In this document: positions 54,577-63,991 of the stretch, piece by piece | How positions within the stretch are numbered: position 1 is the stretch's first letter | Layout: the number at the start of each line of letters is the position of its first letter | Source of the DNA: a virus | DNA length: 64,000 nucleotides | IMG/VR virus record: IMGVR_UViG_3300042448_001253 | Location: 1-64,000 of that record | Direction: 5' to 3' (one strand) | Notes under the pieces: generated by a model | The model's input: the letters and a program-made list of their open reading frames with translations, nothing else | Database searches by the model: none | What the model was told of the DNA's origin: nothing | Made by a program: the position numbers and the translations under genes

Positions 54577-55458
54577 TTAAGCTGCGGTCAGGTCGACACG
54601 GACAGCAAGGTGTATCGAGGTGTCAAAGAAAACCGCCGCTGGGCGGATTGCCTTCAACCTCATGTCATTCTGGTTTCCACCGACATCATAAGCCTGAGCT
54701 AAGTTGTCGTTTACGACATCAACATCACCAAGGTATACCTTGACAGTGCCGGTTGCGTAAATCCATTTGTTTGTAGCTGTTGGGGTTTGAGAACCGTCAG
54801 TAACGCTGGTCGGTCCTTGACCCGTGTAGCCACTTCCAACGATAACTGGAGTACCACCCATAGTTTGTAGGTGGTCTTTCTCTTTCTCGTGGAAAAGCAT
54901 GTTTGAGTTGCTTGATAGTAGAGCAACAACGTCGCGAGTTGCGTGAATAATACCCTGCTCGCCTGCGTGAGATGCAATAGCGATAGAGTGTTCTAGTAAA
55001 GCCAATGCTCGCTTTGGAGATAGTGCGGTGCCGGAGTTTAGAACAGTTGCCCCGCCAATGAGTGCCTTGTTGTCGTCGCTCTCAGCAATACGAATATCGC
55101 CGTGCCAAAGTTCACGTTCTAAAGCTTTTTGAGTAACGCCTTCAAGTTGACGCTTTAGACGCTCAATTCTGTCTAGTCCTAGAAATCCTAGAGTAGAGCG
55201 TACTTCATCTATCTCAATAAAGAATGGCTTAATCTCGTCATAGTAGTTCACGGTTGCGTTGTTTACTAAGACGTAGCTACTAGTGTCTGTGTCGTCCCAG
55301 TTTGTAAGGGTGTCTACAGTAGTTTCGTACTCTTGAGAGAACCCACGAATCCAACGGTCTTCGTCAGCAGAGTTCTCAGGCTTTACTACAGCGAGTAGGC
55401 CAAAAGCGGAGGGCACAATCTTTGATGCCTCTACAACGCCATTCTTAGGAAAAGCCAT
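54577..55458 (-). CDS. Second capsid protein (pentamer-type)
   Basis: RW..G...PFFI...QKALERELW...ALALLE...GTPVIVGSGY...W.YATG; follows the large capsid gene as in cluster B-like actinophages. Confidence 0.65.
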   Translation of the reverse strand: MAFPKNGVVEASKIVPSAFGLLAVVKPENSADEDRWIRGFSQEYETTVDTLTNWDDTDTSSYVLVNNATVNYYDEIKPFFIEIDEVRSTLGFLGLDRIERLKRQLEGVTQKALERELWHGDIRIAESDDNKALIGGATVLNSGTALSPKRALALLEHSIAIASHAGEQGIIHATRDVVALLSSNSNMLFHEKEKDHLQTMGGTPVIVGSGYTGQGPTSVTDGSQTPTATNKWIYATGTVKVYLGDVDVVNDNLAQAYDVGGNQNDMRLKAIRPAAVFFDTSIHLAVRVDLTAA

Positions 55459-55493
55459 TTGAAATCCTTAAATAAATCTAAAGTTTGGGGGGT

Positions 55494-55523
55494 AGGTGGT
55501 GCCCCATTTCTGGAGCACCACCC
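55494..55523 (-). terminator. GAAA-capped hairpin between the two capsid genes
   Basis: GGGTGGTGCTCCA-GAAA-TGGGGCACCACCT. Confidence 0.7.
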
Positions 55524-55538
55524 GCCAAGTTGGAGCTA

Positions 55539-57455
55539 TTAGCTGTTGTAAACAGTTCCTGCTACAGCAGCAGTGGTTGTACCCTTGACTGTGAAGGTCG
55601 AGGTAACCTTTAGAGATTCGATACCAACGAAGGCAACGTTCTCGAAGGTTTCAACGAACATCTTGTAGTCGTTTGTACCAACTAGTGAGCTGTCACGGAT
55701 GATACCTAGGTCTAGAGTACCGCCGTCTAGGAACAGGAAGCTGCCCTCTGCGAATAGGTACCAGTCGAAGGTAGCTGGGAATGCGTTTACTGCACCAGTT
55801 GTCTGAGCTCCGAAGAAGCCTAGGTCTGGTGAGCCAACTAGTGTTACGTTGCTTGCTGCTAGGTAACCCTGGATTTCAGCAGCTGAAACAGAAATTGTTC
55901 CATCTCCTGGAAGAGCCAAAGTTAGGTCTGCTGCCATTGCGTCGTATAGCCACTGTGGAACGATTGCCTTTAGCTGAGTGCTAGCAGCGATACGGTGACG
56001 TGAACGGTAACCAACTGCTGCACGGCGAATCTGTACCAAGAAGTCACGGCCAAGACCGATTGTTGAGGTAGTAGTTACAGCTGTTGAAGCGTTAGTGATT
56101 TTGCTTAGTAGGTTAACCTCTGCCTCACGAGCGTGCTGTACTAGAGCAAGTTCGTTGTGGCGAGCGATTAGCTCTGGGTAAGCACGGGTCATCAGGTTAC
56201 CGAACTGTAGCTGTAGTGTTACAGCGTCAGTTGAAACGGTTTGCTCTGCAGCAGCAGACACAGTCAAGCTGGTCTTGGTGTTGCTGTAAGGAGCAAGGTC
56301 TGTAGCGGCAGTCCATACACCAACTGCGTTTGCGTAAGCACCTGAAGCAAAGCTTGGTGGTGTTACGAAACGGATACCACCACGGTCAGCCTGGAACTTC
56401 GGTAGAAGGTCGCGAACTGGACGCTCAGTGGTTGAGCCGATGTTGTAGATGTCGTACTTGACTTCGAATGGAGCAGCGTGTCCACCAGAAGCAACAAGTG
56501 CATCCTGGCCTACAACTGCGTCAATCTTTGCCTGGTTTGAAAGTGCGTCAGTTGAAAGAACGCGCTCTTCTGGGTACTGGGTTGTGATAGATGCAACGAT
56601 GTGCTGCTCTCCATCTCCTCCGTTTACACGACGTAGAGAGTGAATTCTCTTCTCCATTGCTGACGCAACTTCGGTCATGCTGTTAATAGTTGAGCCAGCT
56701 GTGTATCCAGGGATGTCAGCACCAGCAGTGATTGCCACTGGAGCCTCAGTTACTTGGATAACAGGCTGACGGTCTGCTGGAGCGTTGAAGCTCTCTTCAG
56801 CTGATGCGGTCACAGTTGCCTGCTCTTCCTGCTCGATAGGAGCAATAGTTTCTTGTGGGGTTGATTCAGAAGGTGCTGCATCGGCAACAACTTCTTCTGG
56901 TGCGTTTTCGGTAGATAGCTCTGAGCCATCTCCTTCAATAATTGATGCGGTCTCGGTTTCAGCAGAGTATTCAGAAACAAGTTTCTTCTTCTCTTCTTCG
57001 TCTTCTACCATTCCGGCTTCAGCAATTTCTTCTTCAGTAGGTTCGCCCATTGGAAGTTCTTCCACTGGTGCGTCTTCCATCGGAACTTCTTCAGCAGGAG
57101 CTTCTTCCATTGGAACTTCTTCCATTGGAACTTCTTCTTCTGCCAGAACTTCTGGGTTTTCTGAATTGTCGGTCATTGCCTCTCCATCGGTTTGAACGTC
57201 GCTTTCGCCTTTAACACGTGCGGTTGCCTCAGCTGCCTTGGTAGCTAGCTCTGCAGCTAGAACCTCTCGGCGTGAAAGCTCACCACGGACGGTGTCTAAT
57301 GCGTCAGCAAGTGACGTCATAGCATCAACTGTCTCAGGAGTTGGGTCTTCACCCTCAACCGCTTCAAATTGGCTGATGATAGATGACTGTAGTTCGGCGA
57401 CTTGTTCGTCGGCGAGTTCTGTCAGTGTATCCAGCTGGGATTTGATTTGGTCCAC
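55539..57455 (-). CDS. Major capsid protein (hexamer-type) with N-terminal acidic scaffold-like region
   Basis: AAGGAGG site plus GTG; EEVPM repeats; ALVASGG...RPVRD.LP.FQADRGGIRF...GNL..RAYPEL. Confidence 0.88.
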   Translation of the reverse strand: MDQIKSQLDTLTELADEQVAELQSSIISQFEAVEGEDPTPETVDAMTSLADALDTVRGELSRREVLAAELATKAAEATARVKGESDVQTDGEAMTDNSENPEVLAEEEVPMEEVPMEEAPAEEVPMEDAPVEELPMGEPTEEEIAEAGMVEDEEEKKKLVSEYSAETETASIIEGDGSELSTENAPEEVVADAAPSESTPQETIAPIEQEEQATVTASAEESFNAPADRQPVIQVTEAPVAITAGADIPGYTAGSTINSMTEVASAMEKRIHSLRRVNGGDGEQHIVASITTQYPEERVLSTDALSNQAKIDAVVGQDALVASGGHAAPFEVKYDIYNIGSTTERPVRDLLPKFQADRGGIRFVTPPSFASGAYANAVGVWTAATDLAPYSNTKTSLTVSAAAEQTVSTDAVTLQLQFGNLMTRAYPELIARHNELALVQHAREAEVNLLSKITNASTAVTTTSTIGLGRDFLVQIRRAAVGYRSRHRIAASTQLKAIVPQWLYDAMAADLTLALPGDGTISVSAAEIQGYLAASNVTLVGSPDLGFFGAQTTGAVNAFPATFDWYLFAEGSFLFLDGGTLDLGIIRDSSLVGTNDYKMFVETFENVAFVGIESLKVTSTFTVKGTTTAAVAGTVYNS

Positions 57456-57580
57456 TGTACCTCCTTAGGCCAGTTTGTAGTTATCGGATACCTTTTGGCA
57501 TCCTGGTGAACAGTCAAGGCTGAGGGACTCGAACGAAAACCGCTGAGGCACTCCACCTATCACTAATTTTACCTTACTTT

Positions 57581-60500
57581 TTAGGTAAGGAGTCGGAGCA
57601 GCGTTGCTAAACGAGATGAAATCTCAGATTGGCTGTAGACATCTGCTCCAGCCTTAAAAGCACGCAATTCCGATGTCGCAACATCTGCGTCCTTCTTGCC
57701 AATCTTTCCCTCCACACGAGTAATCATGTCATCCATGAGTTTCTTTAGTGTAGGTGGAAGGTCGCTATACCTAACCTTTTGTGCTTGGTTGGTAAATGGT
57801 AAAGGAAGGTTAGCAATAACGCTTCCAAGCTCTCTCGCACTGTTACGTACGTTTTCTAGACTAGTTGCGTCCAGCGCACCTGAGTCTAGACGGTCAACGA
57901 TTCCGATAAGGTCGCCAGCAGACTTGTTAGCCTCGGCGTAGTTTCCAGCAAACTCCATGTTCTCGGTTGCTTCAACCTTCTTCAGAACTCTCTGAAGACC
58001 AGCAACACCGAGGTCCTGCTTTAGACGAGCAAGAACCTTACGGAACTTACCTCTGTTATCTCTAGGCTGAGTTTTAGCAGTGTACTTCATACGACCAGTC
58101 TCTGGGTCATACATGTCTTCTGCGTTAGTTTTGCCGGCTTCTCTAGCACTAATCATTTCTTGCTCAGCAATGGCTTCTGCTTCTGCATCTTCCTTAGCAG
58201 TTTTGACTTCCTCAAGTACTCGGTCATCTACTTCAATAGGTGCAGGAAGTGCAGCAGTAAGAGATGAGATTCTCTCACGCATAGAAGACAATGCACTCAA
58301 TGCCTCGGCTGACGCAGCGTTCTGCCACTCAGCAGGAATCAGGTGGCGAGCTTTTAGCTGACCAGCACGCTTGATAATGTGCTTACGAACCTTTGCACGG
58401 TCAGATTCTTTTGAACGGCCGTAAGCCTGAATCGCATTGCGAAGGTCTGCAACGCTGCTGATTGGGTAAGAGCCGTTAGGCATTGCCTCACCCTTTTCAG
58501 CAAGTTTCATACGCTCGTCGCGAGGCATGTAGCCGAACTCCATGTCAAGACGCTTAGCTTCAATACGCTCGCTAATGTTTAGTGTCGCAACGCCTGCAGA
58601 TAGTTCTCCAAGCAAACGAGACTTCATGCTTAGCTGACCAGCAATGTCAAGTTTCATCATCGCCATTTCGTAAGCACCAGCAGCAACAAGAGCTACGATT
58701 TCACCAGATGCAACCATCGCACGGGCAATAGGGAAGCCAGGAACGTTTACCTGACATACAGCAACAAGTTCGAGTGAGCCGCCGATTGGTCTCCAGTCAC
58801 CTGAAGGAGCAGACGCACGTAGAGCACGAATCTGAGCTTCAGTAACTTCTGGACGCAGAGCACCAGCTACCCAAATACCGTAGCGGTCTTCTCCAGCGTG
58901 AACGTCTGCGATTGCAGATGCTGTGTCGTCGTAGTGCTTAGCAGCCTGAGCAGCATCGGCACGCAGTGATGCGTGTCCACCAGCAAGAGTAAGCTGACCA
59001 ACAGGCATGTCTTTACCAGTGTCTGTGCGGCAAACGCCTGTGTGAAAGTAAGAGTAGTTGCTACGTGAGCGAGGTGGCTTGGTTGCGTTTGGCATACCAA
59101 TGTGGTTTACGTGCCAAGCAGCAATGTGTCCGTAAACTCTACCGCTGTCGTCAATCATTAGCGGAGTTGCCTTGTCTAGCTTAGGGTTCATAAACCATGT
59201 CTCAGGCGGTGTTACTGGGATTGGGTGGCTGAGGAATCCAGATGCAGTTAGAGCGTTTACGTTAGGCTCTACCCCGCCATCAATAGACTCTTCGTAAATT
59301 CCATCTTTAGGAATCATTTGTTCCTCCTCGACTGGGTCTGGCCCGTCAATAATTGTGATAACGCATTCTTGGAACGCCGGCTTTGGAACAATGGTGATTC
59401 CCATTACTCGTGCACGGCTAATTGTTAGTTTGTTCTTGCCTAGTTCGTCGGAGTCTTTAGCTCCGTTTTCGGTGTCTTTGTCTTCCTTGGCCTCAAACTT
59501 GTCTAGGTCAGCAGATACGCCACGAAGGAACCCGTTGCGTACTAGACGCTCAGCTTCTTTACCGTAAGGACCGTTATCAAAAACACCCTGAGCGTTTCCG
59601 ATACCGCCTTCCATTCTCTCCATAGAATCAATGCGACCAACGACTACAGAACCTGAGTGCCCATCGCCAGTTTTGTACTGCCACATAAGTGGTAGCGGAA
59701 GTTCTCTAATCTCGACTGATTCTGGCTTGAACTTACGTCCATCGCCTGACTCCATATCCTCAGGTAGAACTAGTGGAATAGAGAATCTAGCTCCGTAGCC
59801 TGTGCTAGTTCCGACAGCTGGGTCTCCAGCAGCGGTTAGTGCAAATCTAGATTTTAGTTCGTTAGTCTTGGCATTTAGAACCGCTATTTCCATTACCTTG
59901 TCTGAAAACGCTTCGTTCATTGCAGCCTCGTTGCCAGGGTTGAATCTGCTACCTGTGTAAACACCAGTAGCTTCCTTGTGGCGTAGCTGGCAGTAGCCCT
60001 TAGCACGAGGACCCATGTACTTTGAAAGTTGACGGACGCAACGAGTCCAGTCGCCTGGAGTTCCCCAACGGATTTTAGCCGCACCCTTACCCTTGGTCCA
60101 GTAGCGGCGTAGCTCTTCAGCGTTGCCACGGTTGCGGTCAAAGCCGCCGGCAGCCTGGATAGAGAAATCTTCTAGTAATCCTTCTGCTTCAAGGAATTCG
60201 TAGTCTTCTGCACTAAGTTCCTCGAAAGGAGAAAACTCTGGAAGTTCAAGCGGGGAGTCGCTAAGCAGAGATGCAATGATTGCTCCAGAAGCAGTTACCT
60301 CGGTAAGACCATCTACCTGCTGCAAAACATCGTTCAATACTGTGTCATCTAGTGGGACAACTGGAGGTGGGGTAGCAGACTTTAGGTCTCTAACGATTTG
60401 CTCGTCAGGAATCCATTGCTGGTCTTTACGCTTGTAAGCCATAGGGTCAGTTGAAGTAGCGTCTTTAGGAACAAGAGCAACTAGGTCCATAACAGCGTTA

Positions 60501-60628
60501 GGGTCGTCTGGCGAGACGACAGCAAAGTACATAGGAGGCACGTCAGTAGTCTCAGGAGTCATTGGCTTCGCCTCCTGGGTAGGGGCGGTTGCAGTTGCCT
60601 GTGATACAGGTTTTACTTCATCTGCCAT
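57581..60628 (-). CDS. Multidomain capsid maturation protease
   Basis: Directly upstream of the capsid gene; ESGDGR.F...LPLPLMWQ...GH.GS.VVGRI...SADLD protease-like core with several accessory domains. Confidence 0.75.
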   Translation of the reverse strand: MADEVKPVSQATATAPTQEAKPMTPETTDVPPMYFAVVSPDDPNAVMDLVALVPKDATSTDPMAYKRKDQQWIPDEQIVRDLKSATPPPVVPLDDTVLNDVLQQVDGLTEVTASGAIIASLLSDSPLELPEFSPFEELSAEDYEFLEAEGLLEDFSIQAAGGFDRNRGNAEELRRYWTKGKGAAKIRWGTPGDWTRCVRQLSKYMGPRAKGYCQLRHKEATGVYTGSRFNPGNEAAMNEAFSDKVMEIAVLNAKTNELKSRFALTAAGDPAVGTSTGYGARFSIPLVLPEDMESGDGRKFKPESVEIRELPLPLMWQYKTGDGHSGSVVVGRIDSMERMEGGIGNAQGVFDNGPYGKEAERLVRNGFLRGVSADLDKFEAKEDKDTENGAKDSDELGKNKLTISRARVMGITIVPKPAFQECVITIIDGPDPVEEEQMIPKDGIYEESIDGGVEPNVNALTASGFLSHPIPVTPPETWFMNPKLDKATPLMIDDSGRVYGHIAAWHVNHIGMPNATKPPRSRSNYSYFHTGVCRTDTGKDMPVGQLTLAGGHASLRADAAQAAKHYDDTASAIADVHAGEDRYGIWVAGALRPEVTEAQIRALRASAPSGDWRPIGGSLELVAVCQVNVPGFPIARAMVASGEIVALVAAGAYEMAMMKLDIAGQLSMKSRLLGELSAGVATLNISERIEAKRLDMEFGYMPRDERMKLAEKGEAMPNGSYPISSVADLRNAIQAYGRSKESDRAKVRKHIIKRAGQLKARHLIPAEWQNAASAEALSALSSMRERISSLTAALPAPIEVDDRVLEEVKTAKEDAEAEAIAEQEMISAREAGKTNAEDMYDPETGRMKYTAKTQPRDNRGKFRKVLARLKQDLGVAGLQRVLKKVEATENMEFAGNYAEANKSAGDLIGIVDRLDSGALDATSLENVRNSARELGSVIANLPLPFTNQAQKVRYSDLPPTLKKLMDDMITRVEGKIGKKDADVATSELRAFKAGADVYSQSEISSRLATLLRLLT

Positions 60629-60659
60629 GCTATGCCTTTACTTTAAATCTCTATTTATT

Positions 60660-60687
60660 AGTATACTTTGGATTGAAACAGGCTATT
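60660..60687 (-). promoter_or_regulatory. Candidate late promoter AATAG-N17-TATACT
   Basis: Upstream of the protease gene. Confidence 0.45.
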
Positions 60688-60694
60688 TTGGTGC

Positions 60695-63600
60695 CTACTT
60701 AGCATTACGTTTTCTGGACCCAGCACTACCCTTAGGTTTTGGAGCAGGTTTGCTTGACGGACTAGGCGCTCCCTGCTTATACTGGCTGCTGCCCGGAGGT
60801 AGTGCTATACCTGAATTACTGTAGAGCTTTTTACCCTTATTCATTTCTTTGATAGCACCAAACCATGACTCGACAGATTCTCCCTTAGGAACAGTCTTCT
60901 CGGCAATTGACCAAAGGCTCTCGCCTTTGGTTGCTCTGTACTCACGCATTGCCGGTGCTGCTTTAGCAGCAGGCTTAGCAGCTGGCTTGTTGGTAGCGTC
61001 TAGTGCCTTCTTAGCATTGCCAGCAATCTTGTTTGGTCCAACCGGCTTGTATTTAGGGTCAGCAGATTTAGCAGCTGGCTTAGCTGCTGGCTTTGAAGGG
61101 GTAGCAGCTTTTTTAGCTTCACCGTATTCTTTAGCGTCAGCATTTTGCTTTCTAGACTTAGCAGCATCTGCCTTAGCAGTAGCAGCACTCTTAGCGGCTG
61201 TATCCTTACGCCCCTGAGCAACTCGGTCAGTAAAGTTTGGTTGCTTGGCAGGTGGCTTCACTCCAGGCTTGTAAGGAACAGTTGCACTGTTCGGAACATT
61301 TACACGCTCACCTGAATAGATAAGGCTAGGGTTGCCACTCTTTACGTTAGGGTTGGCCTTCATAATGTCTGCCCAGTGCTTAGCGATGCTTACACCTTCA
61401 GGCTTAGTTTTGTTAGCAATGCTCCAAAGGCTGTCGTCTTTCTTGACGATGTATCTACCCTTATCATCGTAATCAGATACAGGTGCCGCTTTAGCAGCTT
61501 CAGCTTTTCTTGCTTCGCCATATTCTTTAGCGTCATCAACAATTTTTCTAGCTGTGGCAGGGTCTACCTTAGGTGCAGGTTTAGCGGCTGGCTTGGCTCC
61601 AGGCTTAGGTAAGCCCTTCGCTGCATTACCAGCAACTTTGTTAGGACCAACTGGCTTGATTCCAGGCTTTGCTGCTGCAGGCTTTGCTGCGTCAGGCTTG
61701 ATTGAGCTTGATGGGTAAGGCATACCTTGCTTATACTGGCTGCTGCCCGGAGGTAATGATACACCCGAGTTGCTGTAAAGTTTTTTGCCAGCGTTTGCTT
61801 GCTTAATAGCATTGAACCAAGAGCCGACATCTTTACCTTTAGGAACTGTTTTTTCGGCGATGCTCCAAAGGCTGTCGCCTTTTGATGCTCTGTACTCCCT
61901 CATTGGACCTGTTGGCTTGGTTTCCTTGTTGGCCCCAGGAGAGTTGCGAGGGTCAGCGGGCCTGGCTGTAACAGGACGTGGAGTGGTTGTTCCCGGTGCG
62001 TTACGTGGGTCTGCTTTTTTAGGAGCCGGGGCTGCAGGCTTAGGTGCAGCAGGTTTGACTGAGCTCGATGGGTAAGGCTGTTGCTGTTTGTACTGGCTAC
62101 TGCCTGGAGGCAAAGCTACGCCAGAGTTGCTATATAGCTTCTTGCCTTCGTTCATCTTCTTGATAGCACCGAACCATGAGTTTAGGTTTTCGCCCTTAGG
62201 CAAAGTCTTTTCTGCGATAGACCAAAGGCTGTCGCCTTTTGATGCTCTGTACTCCCTCATTGGACCTGTTGGCTTGCTGTCTGCGTCTTTTTTTACTCCA
62301 GCACGACCAGCCATCATAGGAGCGTCCTTGACAGAAATCTGTCCGTTTTCTCCCGGAACAGCAATCTGCTTGCTAGCAGCACCAGCGTTGCGTGTAGTGT
62401 TTGGGTCTAGGGTTGCAGGAGTTGGTGCAACTTTTTGACCAGTCTGCTTAGCATAATCTTTAGCTTGCTGGTCGGTGATTGGTTTGAAAGCAGCACGCTG
62501 TGCCTCAACGAAACCGCCCCAGTTTTGTAGAACATCCTGCAGGGCTTTTTGGTCCATAGGTGGTTGAGTCCCTGGAAGTTGTGCAGTCGGCTGGTTGATT
62601 GGGCTACGAGGTTCGCCTAGAACTCCAGAAACATCTAGAGGCTCTGCTAGCTCTTCAGCACTAGGTGCGGTGACAGCAGGTGCAACATCTGGTCCTTTAA
62701 ATCTGTCTTCCTTTTGAGTCATCTTTGCAGGAACGTCAATGGTCTTACCGTTGTCTAGCTCGACTTTAGTTCCACCAGTTGCAGGGTTGAATCCCACAAC
62801 AATACCACGGCCATTCTCGCCGTCGTTTCCGACAACTACACGGCTACCCTTGGCAACAAACATACCGCCAGCATCACGGGTCTGGCTCTTAGCGTTGATT
62901 GAACGCTCTTTAGGGGAGTATGTGCCGTCTTCAGCAACAGTTCCTGTAGGACCTTTTTGCTGAGGAGGCATAGCAGCTGTAATACTTTTTAGGAACTCCC
63001 AGTCTTCCTGAGGAGCAGCATATTCAAACATCTCTGCTTCTTCAGGAGCAATGTCGTTGATTGAAACAATACCAAAAGGAGTCTCCTGAAGTAGAGCAGA
63101 CATAATCATGGCTGACTCTGGGTCAATGACTACGTGGTCTTTTTCGCAAGTGTCATAAGGGTCATCTAGGGCTTTGTCGTAAGTCCAGACATCACCATCA
63201 ACGTGGCCAATAGAATCCCAGCCCATGTCGTCCCAAACATAAACCTGTCCATCAGTGTCAAGTTTGTATAGGCGGTCCATACCAGAACCATCCAAGCGAA
63301 CACGAGCCATAAACTCCGGCACAACGCCTTCGTTCATTTCAAAAGCGTCTTTGAAAGCATCTACGTCAGTATCGTAGTCATTAGGGGTGCGATACATCTC
63401 AGGGTCGACTTCGTAGCCGTGAACAGTGTAGCCGCCAGCAGTGGTAGCCTTCTTGTTTTCACGCTCAACGATAGAGCTTGCCCAACGCTGTCCAGCGTCT
63501 CCGCCCCACAGCGACCATGCGATTCGCCCGTTGCTCGGGAAGCCATCTTCGCCAGGCTCGTAGCCTTTACCTTTTTTATCGACTTCGTGGCGTGGGAAGT

Positions 63601-63991
63601 ACTTTGCGATGTGGCGAAGTTTTTCAATGCCAATCTGACCACCACGAGCAAGAGTGCGAGCAGTGTTTAGACCTACAGGAGTTCCACCACGCTTTTCTTC
63701 TTTACGCCATTCCAAAGCTTTCTTTGCTTCGGAAACAACGCCAGCAGGGATGGTGTACATACGGCCAGAGGCAGTAATAACTTTGATGTCAAGAGTAGTT
63801 AGAGCACCTGAGGCAAGCTCTACAGTAGAGTTGCTGAACGTTTCGTTGGTAGACTGCCAGTCACGACTAGACAAGACTACATCGGCTTTGCCGAGACCAA
63901 CAACTAGGTTTAGGCTAGTGTCAATAATTACAGCGTCAGTTGCATTGCTGAATACAGCAAGGGAACCATCGCGACCAACGAAATCGGTCAT
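60695..63991 (-). CDS. Head-operon protein with four LysM-like domains and Lys/Pro/Ala-rich linkers
   Basis: Y..(S/K)KGDSLWSIA.KT four times; N-terminal GGTPVG...KYFPRH...IAW.LWGGD domain. Confidence 0.8.
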   Translation of the reverse strand: MTDFVGRDGSLAVFSNATDAVIIDTSLNLVVGLGKADVVLSSRDWQSTNETFSNSTVELASGALTTLDIKVITASGRMYTIPAGVVSEAKKALEWRKEEKRGGTPVGLNTARTLARGGQIGIEKLRHIAKYFPRHEVDKKGKGYEPGEDGFPSNGRIAWSLWGGDAGQRWASSIVERENKKATTAGGYTVHGYEVDPEMYRTPNDYDTDVDAFKDAFEMNEGVVPEFMARVRLDGSGMDRLYKLDTDGQVYVWDDMGWDSIGHVDGDVWTYDKALDDPYDTCEKDHVVIDPESAMIMSALLQETPFGIVSINDIAPEEAEMFEYAAPQEDWEFLKSITAAMPPQQKGPTGTVAEDGTYSPKERSINAKSQTRDAGGMFVAKGSRVVVGNDGENGRGIVVGFNPATGGTKVELDNGKTIDVPAKMTQKEDRFKGPDVAPAVTAPSAEELAEPLDVSGVLGEPRSPINQPTAQLPGTQPPMDQKALQDVLQNWGGFVEAQRAAFKPITDQQAKDYAKQTGQKVAPTPATLDPNTTRNAGAASKQIAVPGENGQISVKDAPMMAGRAGVKKDADSKPTGPMREYRASKGDSLWSIAEKTLPKGENLNSWFGAIKKMNEGKKLYSNSGVALPPGSSQYKQQQPYPSSSVKPAAPKPAAPAPKKADPRNAPGTTTPRPVTARPADPRNSPGANKETKPTGPMREYRASKGDSLWSIAEKTVPKGKDVGSWFNAIKQANAGKKLYSNSGVSLPPGSSQYKQGMPYPSSSIKPDAAKPAAAKPGIKPVGPNKVAGNAAKGLPKPGAKPAAKPAPKVDPATARKIVDDAKEYGEARKAEAAKAAPVSDYDDKGRYIVKKDDSLWSIANKTKPEGVSIAKHWADIMKANPNVKSGNPSLIYSGERVNVPNSATVPYKPGVKPPAKQPNFTDRVAQGRKDTAAKSAATAKADAAKSRKQNADAKEYGEAKKAATPSKPAAKPAAKSADPKYKPVGPNKIAGNAKKALDATNKPAAKPAAKAAPAMREYRATKGESLWSIAEKTVPKGESVESWFGAIKEMNKGKKLYSNSGIALPPGSSQYKQGAPSPSSKPAPKPKGSAGSRKRNAK

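Noticed and set aside
57505-57560. tRNA remnant suggested by GTTCGAGTCC
   Set aside because: Flanks do not form a T-stem or cloverleaf; treated as part of the capsid leader.
200-63777. Numerous antisense or nested ORFs in the track (for example 714-1028, 12776-13009, 14051-14578, 21562-21945, 41642-42193, 56785-57195)
   Set aside because: They lie within well-supported genes on another frame or strand, lack motifs and start signals, and reflect codon bias.
60695-63991. Endolysin
   Set aside because: LysM domains are present but no amidase, peptidase or glycosidase catalytic domain was recognised; head-operon position argues against it.
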